Shown here: in pieces, positions 19,419 to 30,157 of the stretch
How the letters are laid out: each line of letters opens with the position of its first letter
Position numbering within the stretch: position 1 is the stretch's first letter
Source: an uncultured Prochlorococcus sp.
GTDB taxonomy: Bacteria > Cyanobacteriota > Cyanobacteriia > PCC-6307 > Cyanobiaceae
NCBI RefSeq assembly: GCF_902522795.1
Contig: NZ_CABYWZ010000007.1
Coordinates: 9,644-73,643 of the forward strand
Length of the DNA stretch: 64,000 bases
Reading direction: 5' to 3'
Translations under genes and position numbers: made by a program
The notes under the pieces: model-generated
What the model saw: only the letters and a program-made list of their open reading frames with translations
Told to the model about the DNA's origin: nothing
The model's database searches: none

Positions 19419-20552
19419 CTAATTTATTTCTTTGAGAGTATCTGTATAATAATTTTGCAGTTGTAACGTTGCTTGATTCCAATCCCATTTTTCTGCTTCG
19501 TTTCGTGCCTCCTTCCTCATAATTTCTCTTTTACCTTCATTCTCTAGAATTTTTTTTGTCGCTTTAATCAAACTCTTTTCCCCATTATCTTTTTCATCAG
19601 GATCATATAAACAACCATTAATTCCATCGCTAATAATATCTGGAATCCCCCCCTTGTTGGCTCCGATAACTGGACATCCTGCTGCCATTGCCTCTAGTAA
19701 AACTAACCCAAGTGTTTCTGTACTAGATGGAAATAAAAATATATCTCCAGAGGCATAGGCGCTAGCAAGTTCATCGCCAGATAAATATCCTATGAAATTA
19801 GTCTTGGTATTTTCGAAGATTTTCTCAAGCTGGTTTCTATATGGTCCGTCACCTACAAGTGCTAGGCAAGCATTAGGGATACTTTCTAAGACTGGTTTAA
19901 TTCTCTCAATTTGTTTTTCTGCTGATAATCTTCCTACATAAATCAACAAGTAATTAGCATCGTTATATTCCCCAAATAATTTTTTTCTCATTTTCTCACT
20001 TCTCAAATCTGGTCGGAAACTGTGAGTATCTACTCCCCTTTGCCATAGAGCAGTCCTTTGAATACCTTTATCTTTTAACTCATTTACCATAGCGGTGGAT
20101 GTACATAAATTTAACAAGGCTTGATTATGTGCTGCCTTAAGTAATTCCCACAAAAGTGGCTCTAACATACCCATACCATAATGTTCTAGATATTTTGGAA
20201 GATGAGTATGGTAACTGGCAATTAAAGGAATATTATTAGTTTTAGCTAACCATATGCCGCCTAAGCCAAGTACAGCTGGATTAACAACATGTATCAAATC
20301 TGGGTTAAATTTTTCTAACTTATCTGAGACTGCAGGACCTGGTAAACCAAGCTTTAACTCTGGGTATAAGGGTAATGGCATTGCTGCAACTCCGACCACA
20401 GTTGCGCCCATATATGATTCTGGACACCCCTCTGGACAAAAAATTATAACTTCATCACCATTTTTTATTAAAAATTCAATCGTTTTAGTAAGTCTTGTGA
20501 CTATGCCGTCAACTTTAGGTAAAAAAGTTTCAGTAAACAATGCAATTTTCAC
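19419..20552 (-). CDS. sqdX: Sulfoquinovosyl diacylglycerol synthase (GT4 glycosyltransferase) SqdX
   Basis: 377-aa GT-B group 1 glycosyltransferase (the E-x7-E region includes TETLGLVLLEAMAAG), directly downstream of sqdB as in cyanobacteria. Confidence 0.85.
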   Translation of the reverse strand: MKIALFTETFLPKVDGIVTRLTKTIEFLIKNGDEVIIFCPEGCPESYMGATVVGVAAMPLPLYPELKLGLPGPAVSDKLEKFNPDLIHVVNPAVLGLGGIWLAKTNNIPLIASYHTHLPKYLEHYGMGMLEPLLWELLKAAHNQALLNLCTSTAMVNELKDKGIQRTALWQRGVDTHSFRPDLRSEKMRKKLFGEYNDANYLLIYVGRLSAEKQIERIKPVLESIPNACLALVGDGPYRNQLEKIFENTKTNFIGYLSGDELASAYASGDIFLFPSSTETLGLVLLEAMAAGCPVIGANKGGIPDIISDGINGCLYDPDEKDNGEKSLIKATKKILENEGKREIMRKEARNEAEKWDWNQATLQLQNYYTDTLKEIN

Positions 20553-20579
20553 TTTCTTAAGGTAATTATTTCAGAAATG

Positions 20580-21773
20580 TTAATAAGTCTTTATAGCCTC
20601 AGCTTGTTTTTTAGTCCAGGATGAAACACAAGGTATGCGCTTAAGATCACATCTATTGGAGTATTTTTTAGCAACTTCAACAACTTCTTCTAACAAACCA
20701 TTATCAAGAGTCGTTGGGTTTAATCCTAATTCTATAAAGCATTTATTATCAACAATGAGATCATTTTCTACTGCTTCATTCCTTGGATTTGGTAAATAAT
20801 TAATATTAGCACCTGTTAGAGAGGCAACTTTTTTAGCTAGTTCTCCAACTTGATGACTTTCAGTCATTTGATTAAAGATTTTCACTCTATCTCCTGGTTT
20901 TGGAGGATTTTCTAGAGCAAGTTGCACACACTTTACAGAGTCTTTTATGTGTATAAAGGCTCTTGTTTGCCCTCCTGTTCCATGAACGCTTAAGGGATAT
21001 CCAATTGCAGCTTGCATTAGAAATCTGTTTAGAACAGTTCCATAGTCTCCGTCGTAGTCAAATCGGTTTGTTAATCTAGGATCTTTTAAAGTTGCGTCTG
21101 TATTTGTTCCCCAAACAATACCTTGATGTAGATCAGTAATCCTTACAAGATCATTTTTGTTGTAGTAGAGAAATAATAATTGATCTAAAGTTTTAGTCAT
21201 ATGGTAAACACTACCTGGACTTGCAGGGTGTAATATTTCTTCTTCAAAGCGGCTTCCATCTGGTTGCGGAACTTCAACTTTTAGATAACCTTCTGGAATC
21301 GTTGCACCCCTATGTGATCCATATCCGTAAACTCCCATTGTTCCTAAATGTACAACATGAATATCTAAATTACTCTCTACTATTGCGGCGAGAAGGTTGT
21401 GGGTGCCATTAACATTATTATCTACTGTATATCTTTTGGTAAAACTAGATTTCATTGAGTAAGGCGCTGCTCTTTGTTCTGCAAAATGGATAACAGAATC
21501 TGGCTTTTCATCAATGAGCAAATCGAGTAATTTTTGATATTGTTTAGAGATATCCATGTTGAGAAATCTCATAGGCTTCCCTCCAATTTCTTCCCATGCT
21601 GAAAGTCGTTCTGTTATAGAAGCAATTGGGGTTAAAGATTCTACCTCTAGATCAATATCAATTTTTCTTCGACTTAAATTGTCGACAATAATTACATCAT
21701 GATTTTGCTCTGCTAAATTCACCGCACAAGGCCAACCGCAAAAACCATCTCCACCAAGAACAATAACTTTCAC
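20580..21773 (-). CDS. sqdB: UDP-sulfoquinovose synthase SqdB
   Basis: SDR Rossmann motif VLGGDGFCGWP with full-length SQD1/SqdB similarity. The GTG start is preceded by GGAG at -11 to -8. Confidence 0.93.
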   Translation of the reverse strand: MKVIVLGGDGFCGWPCAVNLAEQNHDVIIVDNLSRRKIDIDLEVESLTPIASITERLSAWEEIGGKPMRFLNMDISKQYQKLLDLLIDEKPDSVIHFAEQRAAPYSMKSSFTKRYTVDNNVNGTHNLLAAIVESNLDIHVVHLGTMGVYGYGSHRGATIPEGYLKVEVPQPDGSRFEEEILHPASPGSVYHMTKTLDQLLFLYYNKNDLVRITDLHQGIVWGTNTDATLKDPRLTNRFDYDGDYGTVLNRFLMQAAIGYPLSVHGTGGQTRAFIHIKDSVKCVQLALENPPKPGDRVKIFNQMTESHQVGELAKKVASLTGANINYLPNPRNEAVENDLIVDNKCFIELGLNPTTLDNGLLEEVVEVAKKYSNRCDLKRIPCVSSWTKKQAEAIKTY

Positions 21774-21940
21774 TCAGAACTCCAGAATTAATAGATTCGT
21801 AATATATTTATTAAATTACTACAGTGTGCTTCCAATTTGCGAAAAAACATTGAAAATAGTTTCAAATCTTTTTTCTTAATTACTATGCATAAAAAAATAA
21901 GTTTTTTGTTATCTTTTTAAACTTTGCTCAATCAAGAGAA

Positions 21941-22735
21941 TTAGATAGATATGTTTTTTTCCGGTGAACTTGCTACTGCAAAGTCTTGTTTTTTAATTCT
22001 TCCTGCCAGAAAAGCTTGTCTGCCAGCTTTTACGCCATAATTTATCGCTTGCGCCATTAGAGCAGGATTTTCAGCTTGTGCTATTGCACTATTGATTAAG
22101 ACACCATCAGCTCCAATTTCCATAGCTTGAGATGCTTCACTAGGCACCCCAATTCCTGCGTCAATTATTACTGGCACCTTTGCATTCTCAATAATTATCC
22201 TTATATTTGATAAATTTAATAAACCTTGCCCGGAGCCTATAGGCGAGCCTAATGGCATTACAGTTGCACAACCTATTTCTTCTAGTCTTTTTGCAAGAAT
22301 AGGATCTGCATTGATATAGGGAAGTACAGCAAAACCCTTTTTAATTAAAATTTCGGCTGCTTTAATGGTTTCTATTGGATCTGGTAGCAAATACTTTTTG
22401 TCAGGAATAACTTCTAACTTCACAAAATTATTTTCTTCTTGACCAGATAATTTTGCAAGTTCTCTACCCAAAATTGCTATTCTCACTGCCTCATCGGAAT
22501 TAACACAACCAGCTGTATTAGGAAGCATCCAGTATTTTTTCCAGTTGATCTTTTCGAGTAAATTTTCTCCGGTCTGATCGTTTTTAATTCTTCTAACAGC
22601 GACGGTTATAATTTCCGTTTCAGAATTTGACAAACTTTCTACCATATCTTGAGTAGATTTGTATTTGCCAGTACCCACCATTAATCTACTGGAAAATTTT
22701 TTTCCACCAATTAGTAAAGAAGAATAATTTTCCAT
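21941..22735 (-). CDS. thiG: Thiazole synthase ThiG
   Basis: 264-aa TIM-barrel ThiG with the motifs LPNTAGC and [12 protein letters not shown]. Confidence 0.95.
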   Translation of the reverse strand: MENYSSLLIGGKKFSSRLMVGTGKYKSTQDMVESLSNSETEIITVAVRRIKNDQTGENLLEKINWKKYWMLPNTAGCVNSDEAVRIAILGRELAKLSGQEENNFVKLEVIPDKKYLLPDPIETIKAAEILIKKGFAVLPYINADPILAKRLEEIGCATVMPLGSPIGSGQGLLNLSNIRIIIENAKVPVIIDAGIGVPSEASQAMEIGADGVLINSAIAQAENPALMAQAINYGVKAGRQAFLAGRIKKQDFAVASSPEKNISI

Positions 22736-22737
22736 AT

Positions 22738-23298
22738 TTAGAATCCCTTATCTTTAATACCTTTATAAGGTTTATAATTATTTCTTTTTTCTAACTCCTT
22801 ACTTTTTTTAATTGCTGTTTTGTTTTTTGGATCTATCACCAAAACCTTTTGATAAGTTGCATATGCCAAGTCGTACTGAAGTAAACGCTGTTGTGCTGAT
22901 GCGAGGTTATTTAGGGCTATTGGATATTCTGGGAGTGATTTTATTGCAGAGTTATAGTGTTTAATTGCTTTCTTAAATTCATTTTGAGCAGCATAAGAGA
23001 ATCCCAAAGCATTGTTTATTATCGCTTTGGCTTCATCAGGTTCATTTTCATAATTTTCAATTGCTTTTAAAAAAGTTTTAGTTGCTTCAGAATATAGTCT
23101 TTTTTTTATCTGAATAGACCCGAATTCATATAATTCTGTAGCTTGAGTGAGAGAATCTAAACCTTTCTGCTCGAATTTGACTAAATTTAATTCTTCACTT
23201 CTTGTTTTTAGAAATTGTCTGAATACAAAAATAGAAATTATTATTAATACGACAAAAAGAATTATTAAATAAGATTGAAAGGAAGATATTTCCATCAT
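22738..23298 (-). CDS. TPR-repeat membrane-anchored protein (Ycf37-like by architecture)
   Basis: An N-terminal TM helix ([17 protein letters not shown]) followed by ~3 TPR motifs ([23 protein letters not shown]...). The size and layout resemble cyanobacterial Ycf37, but the family assignment is not verified. Confidence 0.6.
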   Translation of the reverse strand: MMEISSFQSYLIILFVVLIIISIFVFRQFLKTRSEELNLVKFEQKGLDSLTQATELYEFGSIQIKKRLYSEATKTFLKAIENYENEPDEAKAIINNALGFSYAAQNEFKKAIKHYNSAIKSLPEYPIALNNLASAQQRLLQYDLAYATYQKVLVIDPKNKTAIKKSKELEKRNNYKPYKGIKDKGF

Positions 23299-23334
23299 TT
23301 ATATTAACGTTTATAGATTATATTCTTTTTTCTA

Positions 23335-23679
23335 TTAACTAACGGAAGAAACAATTTTTTCAAAACATTTAGGATCATTTAATGCTAATTGAGCAAGCAT
23401 TTTTCTATTAATAATAATTCCTGAATTTTTCATGCCATTTATCAACTTGCTATAGTTCGTTCCATTTATCCTGGCAGATGCGTTAATTCTAGAGATCCAC
23501 AGTCTTCTAAAATCCCTTTTTCTTCTTCTTCTATCCCTATAAGCATTACAAAGAGCTTTCATCACTCTTTGATTTGCTGTTCTGAAAAGATTTTTGTTGC
23601 CGCCTCTAAAACCTTTTGCAAGATTCAAGATTTTGTTTCTTCTTTTTCTGGCTATGCTGCCTCTTTTTACGCGTGCCAT
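23335..23679 (-). CDS. rplT: 50S ribosomal protein L20
   Basis: [18 protein letters not shown]... is a canonical L20 N-terminus. Confidence 0.97.
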   Translation of the reverse strand: MARVKRGSIARKRRNKILNLAKGFRGGNKNLFRTANQRVMKALCNAYRDRRRRKRDFRRLWISRINASARINGTNYSKLINGMKNSGIIINRKMLAQLALNDPKCFEKIVSSVS

Positions 23680-23707
23680 GAATATTAAATAAAAATTGGT
23701 TAAAGAT

Positions 23708-23905
23708 TTATGCGTATGGAATCATTAATCTTACATTATCAGCATCTCTTTCATCAACTACGGCTTTTGTTGATAGATGTCTTTTTAATTTTGAGCTTTT
23801 ATGATCAAGTAAATGATTATGGAAAGCTCTTCTTCTCATGAATTTACCCGTCGCAGTAGCTTTAAATCTTTTGGCAGCTGATTTACGAGTTTTTAGTTTA
23901 GACAT
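23708..23905 (-). CDS. rpmI: 50S ribosomal protein L35
   Basis: [22 protein letters not shown]... is canonical L35, upstream of rplT. Confidence 0.95.
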
Positions 23906-23996
23906 TTAAGTCAAATGTGTTTAATTAGGATAATCTAAACCTTTATACGCATTGGTGCAAATTAAAGTTTTTAATTGATTAAGAAAGTTCTAACTT

Positions 23997-25535
23997 ATGA
24001 AACTTAATTTTGCCTTTTTAAACTTATTTTTAGGATGCATTTCTTTTTTATTAATAAACACTAAATTTACTTTAAATGTAAAAGGAGAGGAATTACAAAA
24101 GGTTGAACTCAATAATGAAATTAAAAAAGGGAAATTTTTAATTGGTTTAAAGCAATATTTAGGAGGGGAGAATGACAGTTTTTCAAAAAAAAAGAATATC
24201 AAGTTCATCACGCATAAAGGTTTTTTAAACCTGATATCATCCAACGGTATTAAACATAAATCAAAACAGATTAATATCAGCTGGGTGGATATACCCATCA
24301 AAAATCCAAAAACAATCGAAAAAATTGTTTTTGGTCCTTTTGCTAGCTATGAATCAGCAAAAAAACAAGCAGAGAAACTTAAAGATAAAGGATTTGAGAC
24401 GACTGTTGCTTATCCTAAAAATTGGGAAGTATGGATTCCATTTGAAGATGATCTGCCAGAGTTTGAATTAAAAAATAAGATTTTCAGAAAAATAAAAAAT
24501 TATCAAATTACTCCTGTTCTTAGAAATGAATATAGTGTTATGAAACTCGAAGGACCTATATATATTTACGCTCAAGAGGAAATAAAAATAAATGGTGTTA
24601 ATTTTGGTAAAAATTTTTATTTAATAAAAGATTCATATGGAACCTGGACCTTAGTGCAAAAAATTGAATTTGACGACTATTTGGCAGGTGTTTTGCCATA
24701 TGAAATTGGACCGAATTCTCCTTTAGAAGCACTCAAGGCTCAAGCAGTTATTGCAAGAACTTGGGGAATATTTAATTCTGATAGATTTAATATGGATAAA
24801 TATCATTTATGTATAAGCACTCAATGTCAAGTTTATAAGCCTTCTAAAATTTCAAATAAAAACGTACAAAAAGCTATAGACGCTACTTCAAATTTAATTC
24901 TCACTTATGGTAATCAACCAATAAATGCTTTTTACCATGGCTCTAATGGTGGAGTATCTGCTACTGCAGGCGAGTCTTGGCAAATTCAAGATTATTCTTA
25001 TTTCAATTCAATCATTGATGGTTCACAATCATTAAAAAAAATTTTCAAACTTCCAATTACAAATGAATCCGATTTAAATAAATTTTTAAATTTTGATAAA
25101 GAACAGTTTTATGGGAGTAATCATTCTCTTTTTCGATGGAATAAGAAAATTTCTAGTCTTGAAATTAAAGACAAGTTAATTAAAAACAAACTTATAAATA
25201 TTAATGAAGATGTTTTGGATTTAAATTCTATTGAACGTGGGTCTAGTGGCAGAGTGACAAAATTGGAAATACAAACGGACAAAGGTAATAAATCTATTGT
25301 TCTTGTTAAAGATGATATTCGAAGGGTATTAAATTTTATACCTAGTAATTTGTTTACTATTAATAAATTAAATGATGATTTATGGCTTTTGAGAGGAGGA
25401 GGCTTCGGTCATGGTGTAGGTTTATCTCAGTCAGGAGCAATTGAAATGGCTAAATTAGGATTCTCTTATGAACAAATATTGAATCATTACTATCGAGATG
25501 CAAAACTGAAAAAACTTGAGATATTGTCTCAATGA
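23997..25535 (+). CDS. SpoIID/LytB domain protein (peptidoglycan lytic-transglycosylase-like)
   Basis: Signal-peptide-like N-terminus and SpoIID motifs (EALKAQAVIARTW, FYHGSNGGVSA, GHGVGLSQSGA). Confidence 0.8.
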   Translation: MKLNFAFLNLFLGCISFLLINTKFTLNVKGEELQKVELNNEIKKGKFLIGLKQYLGGENDSFSKKKNIKFITHKGFLNLISSNGIKHKSKQINISWVDIPIKNPKTIEKIVFGPFASYESAKKQAEKLKDKGFETTVAYPKNWEVWIPFEDDLPEFELKNKIFRKIKNYQITPVLRNEYSVMKLEGPIYIYAQEEIKINGVNFGKNFYLIKDSYGTWTLVQKIEFDDYLAGVLPYEIGPNSPLEALKAQAVIARTWGIFNSDRFNMDKYHLCISTQCQVYKPSKISNKNVQKAIDATSNLILTYGNQPINAFYHGSNGGVSATAGESWQIQDYSYFNSIIDGSQSLKKIFKLPITNESDLNKFLNFDKEQFYGSNHSLFRWNKKISSLEIKDKLIKNKLININEDVLDLNSIERGSSGRVTKLEIQTDKGNKSIVLVKDDIRRVLNFIPSNLFTINKLNDDLWLLRGGGFGHGVGLSQSGAIEMAKLGFSYEQILNHYYRDAKLKKLEILSQ

Positions 25536-25562
25536 AAGTTAAGTAATTAAAAATTTACTTTT

Positions 25563-26864
25563 ATGAGTAAGGGTTTTTATAAAAATCGAAGATTGAAGTC
25601 GTTTATATTTCTTAGTGCTTGTTTTTTAGTAGCATTTTTTCCTCATGCTTACAATATCGATAATTTCTTTTACATTTTATTTACTCTTTCTTTTGTGATT
25701 GTTTTTTACGGTTTAATAGTTATTTCAAGAAATTTCAAAAGGAACAACGTTTTAAATACTGTAAGCAAAAGAATTAGCAATAAAGAGTTGCCTGTTCTTG
25801 ATATTTTAGTCGCAGCTAGAGATGAAGAGAATGTTATAGCAAGATTAGTTGAAAGATTATTTGGTTTAGATTATCCAACCAATAAATTAAATATTTACAT
25901 AATCGATGATGGTAGTTCTGATAAGACGCCTTTAATTTTAGATCGATTATCTAGACAATATGACAAGCTAAAAGTCGTCAGTCGTTCTCCAAATGCAGGA
26001 GGAGGAAAGTCAGGAGCTTTGAATTATGCCTTGAAGTTTACTCATGGTGAATGGTTATTAGTTTTGGATGCTGATGCTGAATTAAAACAAGATTCTTTGA
26101 TAAGGTTGTTTAGTTTTGTAGAAGAGGGTGATTGGTCTGCAGTTCAACTAAGAAAATCAGTAACAAATGTAAATAAGAATTTTTTAACTTCCTGTCAGTC
26201 AATGGAGATGGCTATGGACGCAATCTTTCAATATGGAAGATTATCAGTTGCTGGAGTTTCTGAATTAAGGGGAAATGGCCAATTAATTAAGAAAGAAACA
26301 TTATTGGCATGTGGTTCTTTTAATGAAGATACAGTTACAGATGATCTTGATTTGAGTTTAAGATTATTATTAACAAAATCTAGAATTGGAATCTTATGGG
26401 ATCCTCCAGTTATGGAGGAAGCAGTTGAGAATTTAAATGCTTTATTAGCACAAAGGCAAAGATGGGCAGAGGGAGGTTTGCAAAGATTCTTTGATTATGG
26501 AGATCAGTTATTTACTAAAAAAATTGATTATTTGCAGAAATTTGATTTAACTTACTTTTTCATCTTGCAATATGCACTACCAATCATTTCTATTTTTGAT
26601 TTGGTTTTCAGTATTGCTTTAATAGATTCACCTATTTACTGGCCTATTTCATTTACAGCTTTTATGTTATCTGGAATTGCTTTTTGGTACGGTTCTTCTT
26701 GTAAAAGTGAAGTACCTGTATTGCAAAAAAGCAATTTTTTGATGGTTTTTGTATCGGTTTTTTATTTATCACATTGGTTTTTAGTAATCCCTTGGGTAAC
26801 AATAAAGATGTCTATTTTTCCTAAAAAGATACTCTGGCGAAAAACTCTCCATACTGGAGTTTGA
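25563..26864 (+). CDS. Family 2 glycosyltransferase, membrane-integrated (D,D,D,QxxRW type)
   Basis: DDGSSD, LDADA and QRQRWAEGG motifs with flanking TM helices. This is the same architecture class as processive GT2 enzymes and the cyanobacterial MGlcDG synthase. The specific substrate cannot be determined. Confidence 0.75.
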   Translation: MSKGFYKNRRLKSFIFLSACFLVAFFPHAYNIDNFFYILFTLSFVIVFYGLIVISRNFKRNNVLNTVSKRISNKELPVLDILVAARDEENVIARLVERLFGLDYPTNKLNIYIIDDGSSDKTPLILDRLSRQYDKLKVVSRSPNAGGGKSGALNYALKFTHGEWLLVLDADAELKQDSLIRLFSFVEEGDWSAVQLRKSVTNVNKNFLTSCQSMEMAMDAIFQYGRLSVAGVSELRGNGQLIKKETLLACGSFNEDTVTDDLDLSLRLLLTKSRIGILWDPPVMEEAVENLNALLAQRQRWAEGGLQRFFDYGDQLFTKKIDYLQKFDLTYFFILQYALPIISIFDLVFSIALIDSPIYWPISFTAFMLSGIAFWYGSSCKSEVPVLQKSNFLMVFVSVFYLSHWFLVIPWVTIKMSIFPKKILWRKTLHTGV

Positions 26865-26865
26865 T

Positions 26866-28629
26866 TTATTCATCAAGGTCTATAATTTCTCCATTAAAAA
26901 AATTTGCTAAGTTTTTTGAACTATCATCATAAGTTTCTTTTTTAGATATTTTTGTTGACGAATTAGTTTTTGGTTCTATTTTTTTTATTGGCCCGAAATT
27001 ACTTACTTCATTTTGGGTTATTTCTGGAGTGTTTGTTGGGTTACTTTTATTTAGTTGTTTCGTTGAAAAATTAAGTATTATTTCCTCTCCAAATATCTTT
27101 TTTAAAGTATTTTCAATTATAACTTTTCTGCTTTTTATCATATTTTCCCAGTTTGGAGATAATGCAATTGTGATTTTCTCCGAATCAAAACTTTCAAGTT
27201 CGGCTTGTTGTGAAAGTAGCATTCTTGTTGATGGTAACTCTAATTTAGAAAGAATTAATTCCCATTTATCTTTTAAACTATTTGATCCAGGATTATGTTG
27301 GTTATTATCAGAAATATTATCCATCCTTTCTTTTTCAAGAACGTCAAGTTTTTCTAATTTTTCGTCTTTTTTTTCGATCAATTCCTCGCGAGCTTTCTCT
27401 TTTTTAAGACTTGGGTTTTGAATTTCATTAGAAATATTTTCTTCATTAAGAATTGCAATGTTTTTTCTACTTTCATATTTTTTTTCAGTCGTCTTAATTT
27501 GATTTTCTTGTTTATTTTCAGAACTATTTATCTCTTGATTATCTAGAAGGCCAGTCAAATGTATTTCAAACCAAAGCCTAGGATTATCACTTGTTTTGAT
27601 TTGATATTCAATATTTCTCAGATTATTGTGCCACTTAATTATTGTTGATTTATTTATTGTTTTCGAGATTTTATCCAATTCATCTCGAAATTCATCAGGC
27701 GTATAATAAAGATCTGAATATTTATTATTTGTAGTGTGCAGTAGTAGATCTCTTGTTATATTCAATAATCCGATAATTATTTGAAGGGGTTCGTTTCCAG
27801 CATCATATAATTTGTTGCAGGTTATAATTAATGACTCTGGATTGTTATCAACCAATGATTTAATCAGACTTGTTAATTCACTTTCTGATACTTCTCCTAG
27901 TAGGTTTTGGATATTATTAATTGTTATCCCTTCTGGTAAAAGATTCAATTGTTCAAGGAGGCTTTGAGCATCTCTCATCCCTCCATTAGATCTTTTTGCA
28001 ATCATTTTTAACGCTTGAACATCGTACTTAATGAATTCTTTTTCCGCGATTTCAGATAAATGTTGAAAAATGTCATTGGGACTTATTCTTCTAAAATCAA
28101 ACTTTTGGCATCTACTTTTTATAGTATTTAATACTCTCTCAGGATTTGTCGTAGCAAGGATAAATACAACTCTTACGGGTGGTTCTTCAATAGTTTTTAG
28201 TAAGGCATTTGAAGCTGCCGTGGAAAGCATATGACATTCATCAATAACATAAACTTTCCATCTCGCTTGAGTAGGTGCAAATCTCGCTCTTTCTATAATT
28301 TCTCTTATATTTTCTACTCCTGTATTTGATGCTGCATCAATTTCGATAATATCTAGAGCGCTCCCATCTGTAATTTGTCTACATAGGTCACATTTACAAC
28401 AAGGAGTTATCGTAGGTTGGTCGAATGCCTGGCAATTTAGAGATTTTGCAAATATTCTTGCACTTGATGTTTTTCCAGTGCCTCTTGGACCATTAAAAAG
28501 ATATGCAGGAGCAATTTTTTTTGTTAATAGTGATTGTTTGAGTGTAATGGATATAAATTTTTGCCCAACAAGTTCGTCTAAGTTGTTTGGTCTATATTTT
28601 TGATGAAAAGGTTTATGTATATTTGGCAT
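26866..28629 (-). CDS. dnaX: DNA polymerase III subunit tau (gamma/tau, DnaX)
   Basis: Walker A GPRGTGKTS, a zinc module CCKCDLC and the SRC motif (KSRCQKF). A K/E-rich linker (aa ~366-440) precedes the C-terminal domain. Confidence 0.95.
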   Translation of the reverse strand: MPNIHKPFHQKYRPNNLDELVGQKFISITLKQSLLTKKIAPAYLFNGPRGTGKTSSARIFAKSLNCQAFDQPTITPCCKCDLCRQITDGSALDIIEIDAASNTGVENIREIIERARFAPTQARWKVYVIDECHMLSTAASNALLKTIEEPPVRVVFILATTNPERVLNTIKSRCQKFDFRRISPNDIFQHLSEIAEKEFIKYDVQALKMIAKRSNGGMRDAQSLLEQLNLLPEGITINNIQNLLGEVSESELTSLIKSLVDNNPESLIITCNKLYDAGNEPLQIIIGLLNITRDLLLHTTNNKYSDLYYTPDEFRDELDKISKTINKSTIIKWHNNLRNIEYQIKTSDNPRLWFEIHLTGLLDNQEINSSENKQENQIKTTEKKYESRKNIAILNEENISNEIQNPSLKKEKAREELIEKKDEKLEKLDVLEKERMDNISDNNQHNPGSNSLKDKWELILSKLELPSTRMLLSQQAELESFDSEKITIALSPNWENMIKSRKVIIENTLKKIFGEEIILNFSTKQLNKSNPTNTPEITQNEVSNFGPIKKIEPKTNSSTKISKKETYDDSSKNLANFFNGEIIDLDE

Positions 28630-28685
28630 TTATTTTTCATTAATTAGAAAAATTGGGGATTAAATTAAAAAATTTAACTCTAATT

Positions 28686-30053
28686 TTATGCAGACTCTTT
28701 AATGATTCTTTTTGATCCTGAAGGTAGTTTAACAATTTTAGATGAGAATAAATTATCTACCATTTTTTTAGTAATTATGAATTCTTTTACATTATCTTCT
28801 GAAGGCAAAGTGTACATAATGTCTAGCATTAGCTCTTCAATTATTGATCTTAAAGCTCTTGCACCTGTTTTTCTTTTATATGCTTCATTTGCTATCGCTT
28901 CAACAGAATCAGGCTCAAATGATAATTCAACATTATCCATACTTAGCAAAGTTTTGAATTGCTTTACTAATGCATCTCTTGGTTGAGTCAAAATAGATTC
29001 TAAAGTTTCTTTAGTGAGACGGTCTAATACAGCACAAACAGGAATTCTTCCAATAAATTCTGGAATTAGGCCGTATTTCACTAAGTCATCTAATTCTAAA
29101 TTTTTCAGGGAATCTCGTGGGTCTACTATTTTTTTTGTATCAACTTTGTTTTGATCTGAATTTGTGGTGAATCCTATGGAGTGTTTACCCATACGCTTTT
29201 GAACGATATCCTCTAAACCTATGAAAGCTCCCCCGCAAATAAATAATATTTGACTCGTATCAATTTGGATGCAGTCATGATAAGGGTGTTTTCTCCCGCC
29301 TTGTGGTGGCACATTAGCAATTGTTCCTTCAAGCATTTTTAATAATGCTTGCTGTACTCCTTCACCAGAGACATCTCTAGTAATTGAAGGATTCTCGCTT
29401 TTTCTTGCAATTTTATCTATTTCATCAATATAAATAATTCCTTTTTGAGCTAGTTCTACATTCATTTCTGATTTCTGTAGAAGTCTTAAAAGTATGTTTT
29501 CAACATCCTCCCCAACATATCCAGCTTCTGTCAAAGTCGTTGCATCAGCTACAGCAAAAGGAACATCTAGAAACTCTGCTAAAGTTTGCGCCAATAATGT
29601 TTTTCCACTTCCAGTAGGACCTATGAGTAAAATGTTTGATTTTTGTAATTTTGTTGCTTGTGAATCTTTTGAATTGTTATTTTTACTATCTTCTTTAACT
29701 TTCCAAGCTAATCGCTTGTAGTGGTTATATACGGCTACTGATAATATTTTTTTTGCAGATTCTTGTCCAACAACTTGATTATCTAGAAAACTTTTAATTT
29801 CTAATGGTTTAGGAATTGAGGTTAATTCTAAAGGAACAGATTTTTTTGGATTATCAGTTGGTAATTTCTTTTTTACTTGCGGAGAATTGTTTGTATTCGT
29901 TTGATTATCAAGTAATTCTTCATCAAGAATTTCATTACAAAGATCTATGCACTCATCACAGATATAAACCCCAGGACCCGCTATAAGCTTTCTTACTTGG
30001 TCTTGTGATTTCCCGCAAAATGAACATTTAAGATGGGCGTCGAATTTAGCCAT
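28686..30053 (-). CDS. clpX: ATP-dependent Clp protease ATP-binding subunit ClpX
   Basis: N-terminal zinc finger CSFCGK...CDEC and Walker A GPTGSGKT. Confidence 0.97.
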   Translation of the reverse strand: MAKFDAHLKCSFCGKSQDQVRKLIAGPGVYICDECIDLCNEILDEELLDNQTNTNNSPQVKKKLPTDNPKKSVPLELTSIPKPLEIKSFLDNQVVGQESAKKILSVAVYNHYKRLAWKVKEDSKNNNSKDSQATKLQKSNILLIGPTGSGKTLLAQTLAEFLDVPFAVADATTLTEAGYVGEDVENILLRLLQKSEMNVELAQKGIIYIDEIDKIARKSENPSITRDVSGEGVQQALLKMLEGTIANVPPQGGRKHPYHDCIQIDTSQILFICGGAFIGLEDIVQKRMGKHSIGFTTNSDQNKVDTKKIVDPRDSLKNLELDDLVKYGLIPEFIGRIPVCAVLDRLTKETLESILTQPRDALVKQFKTLLSMDNVELSFEPDSVEAIANEAYKRKTGARALRSIIEELMLDIMYTLPSEDNVKEFIITKKMVDNLFSSKIVKLPSGSKRIIKESA

Positions 30054-30157
30054 CGATTATAAGTTTTAAAGTGAAAGGTGTTAAATATTCCCTATTCACT
30101 AGGATTGCTTATAAATATCGATTCGTCATCATATTCTTAAAAAATCAGTACCCCTTG

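Noticed and set aside
23990-24301. A 103-aa minus-strand ORF overlapping the SpoIID gene start.
   Set aside because: It is opposite the signal-peptide/N-terminal region of a well-supported CDS, with F/L/S-rich composition. It would also overlap the divergent rpmI promoter region.
27029-27421. A 130-aa ORF antisense to the dnaX 3' half.
   Set aside because: Its F/S-rich sequence is simply the complement of the K/E-rich dnaX linker and C-terminal region. It is a shadow ORF.
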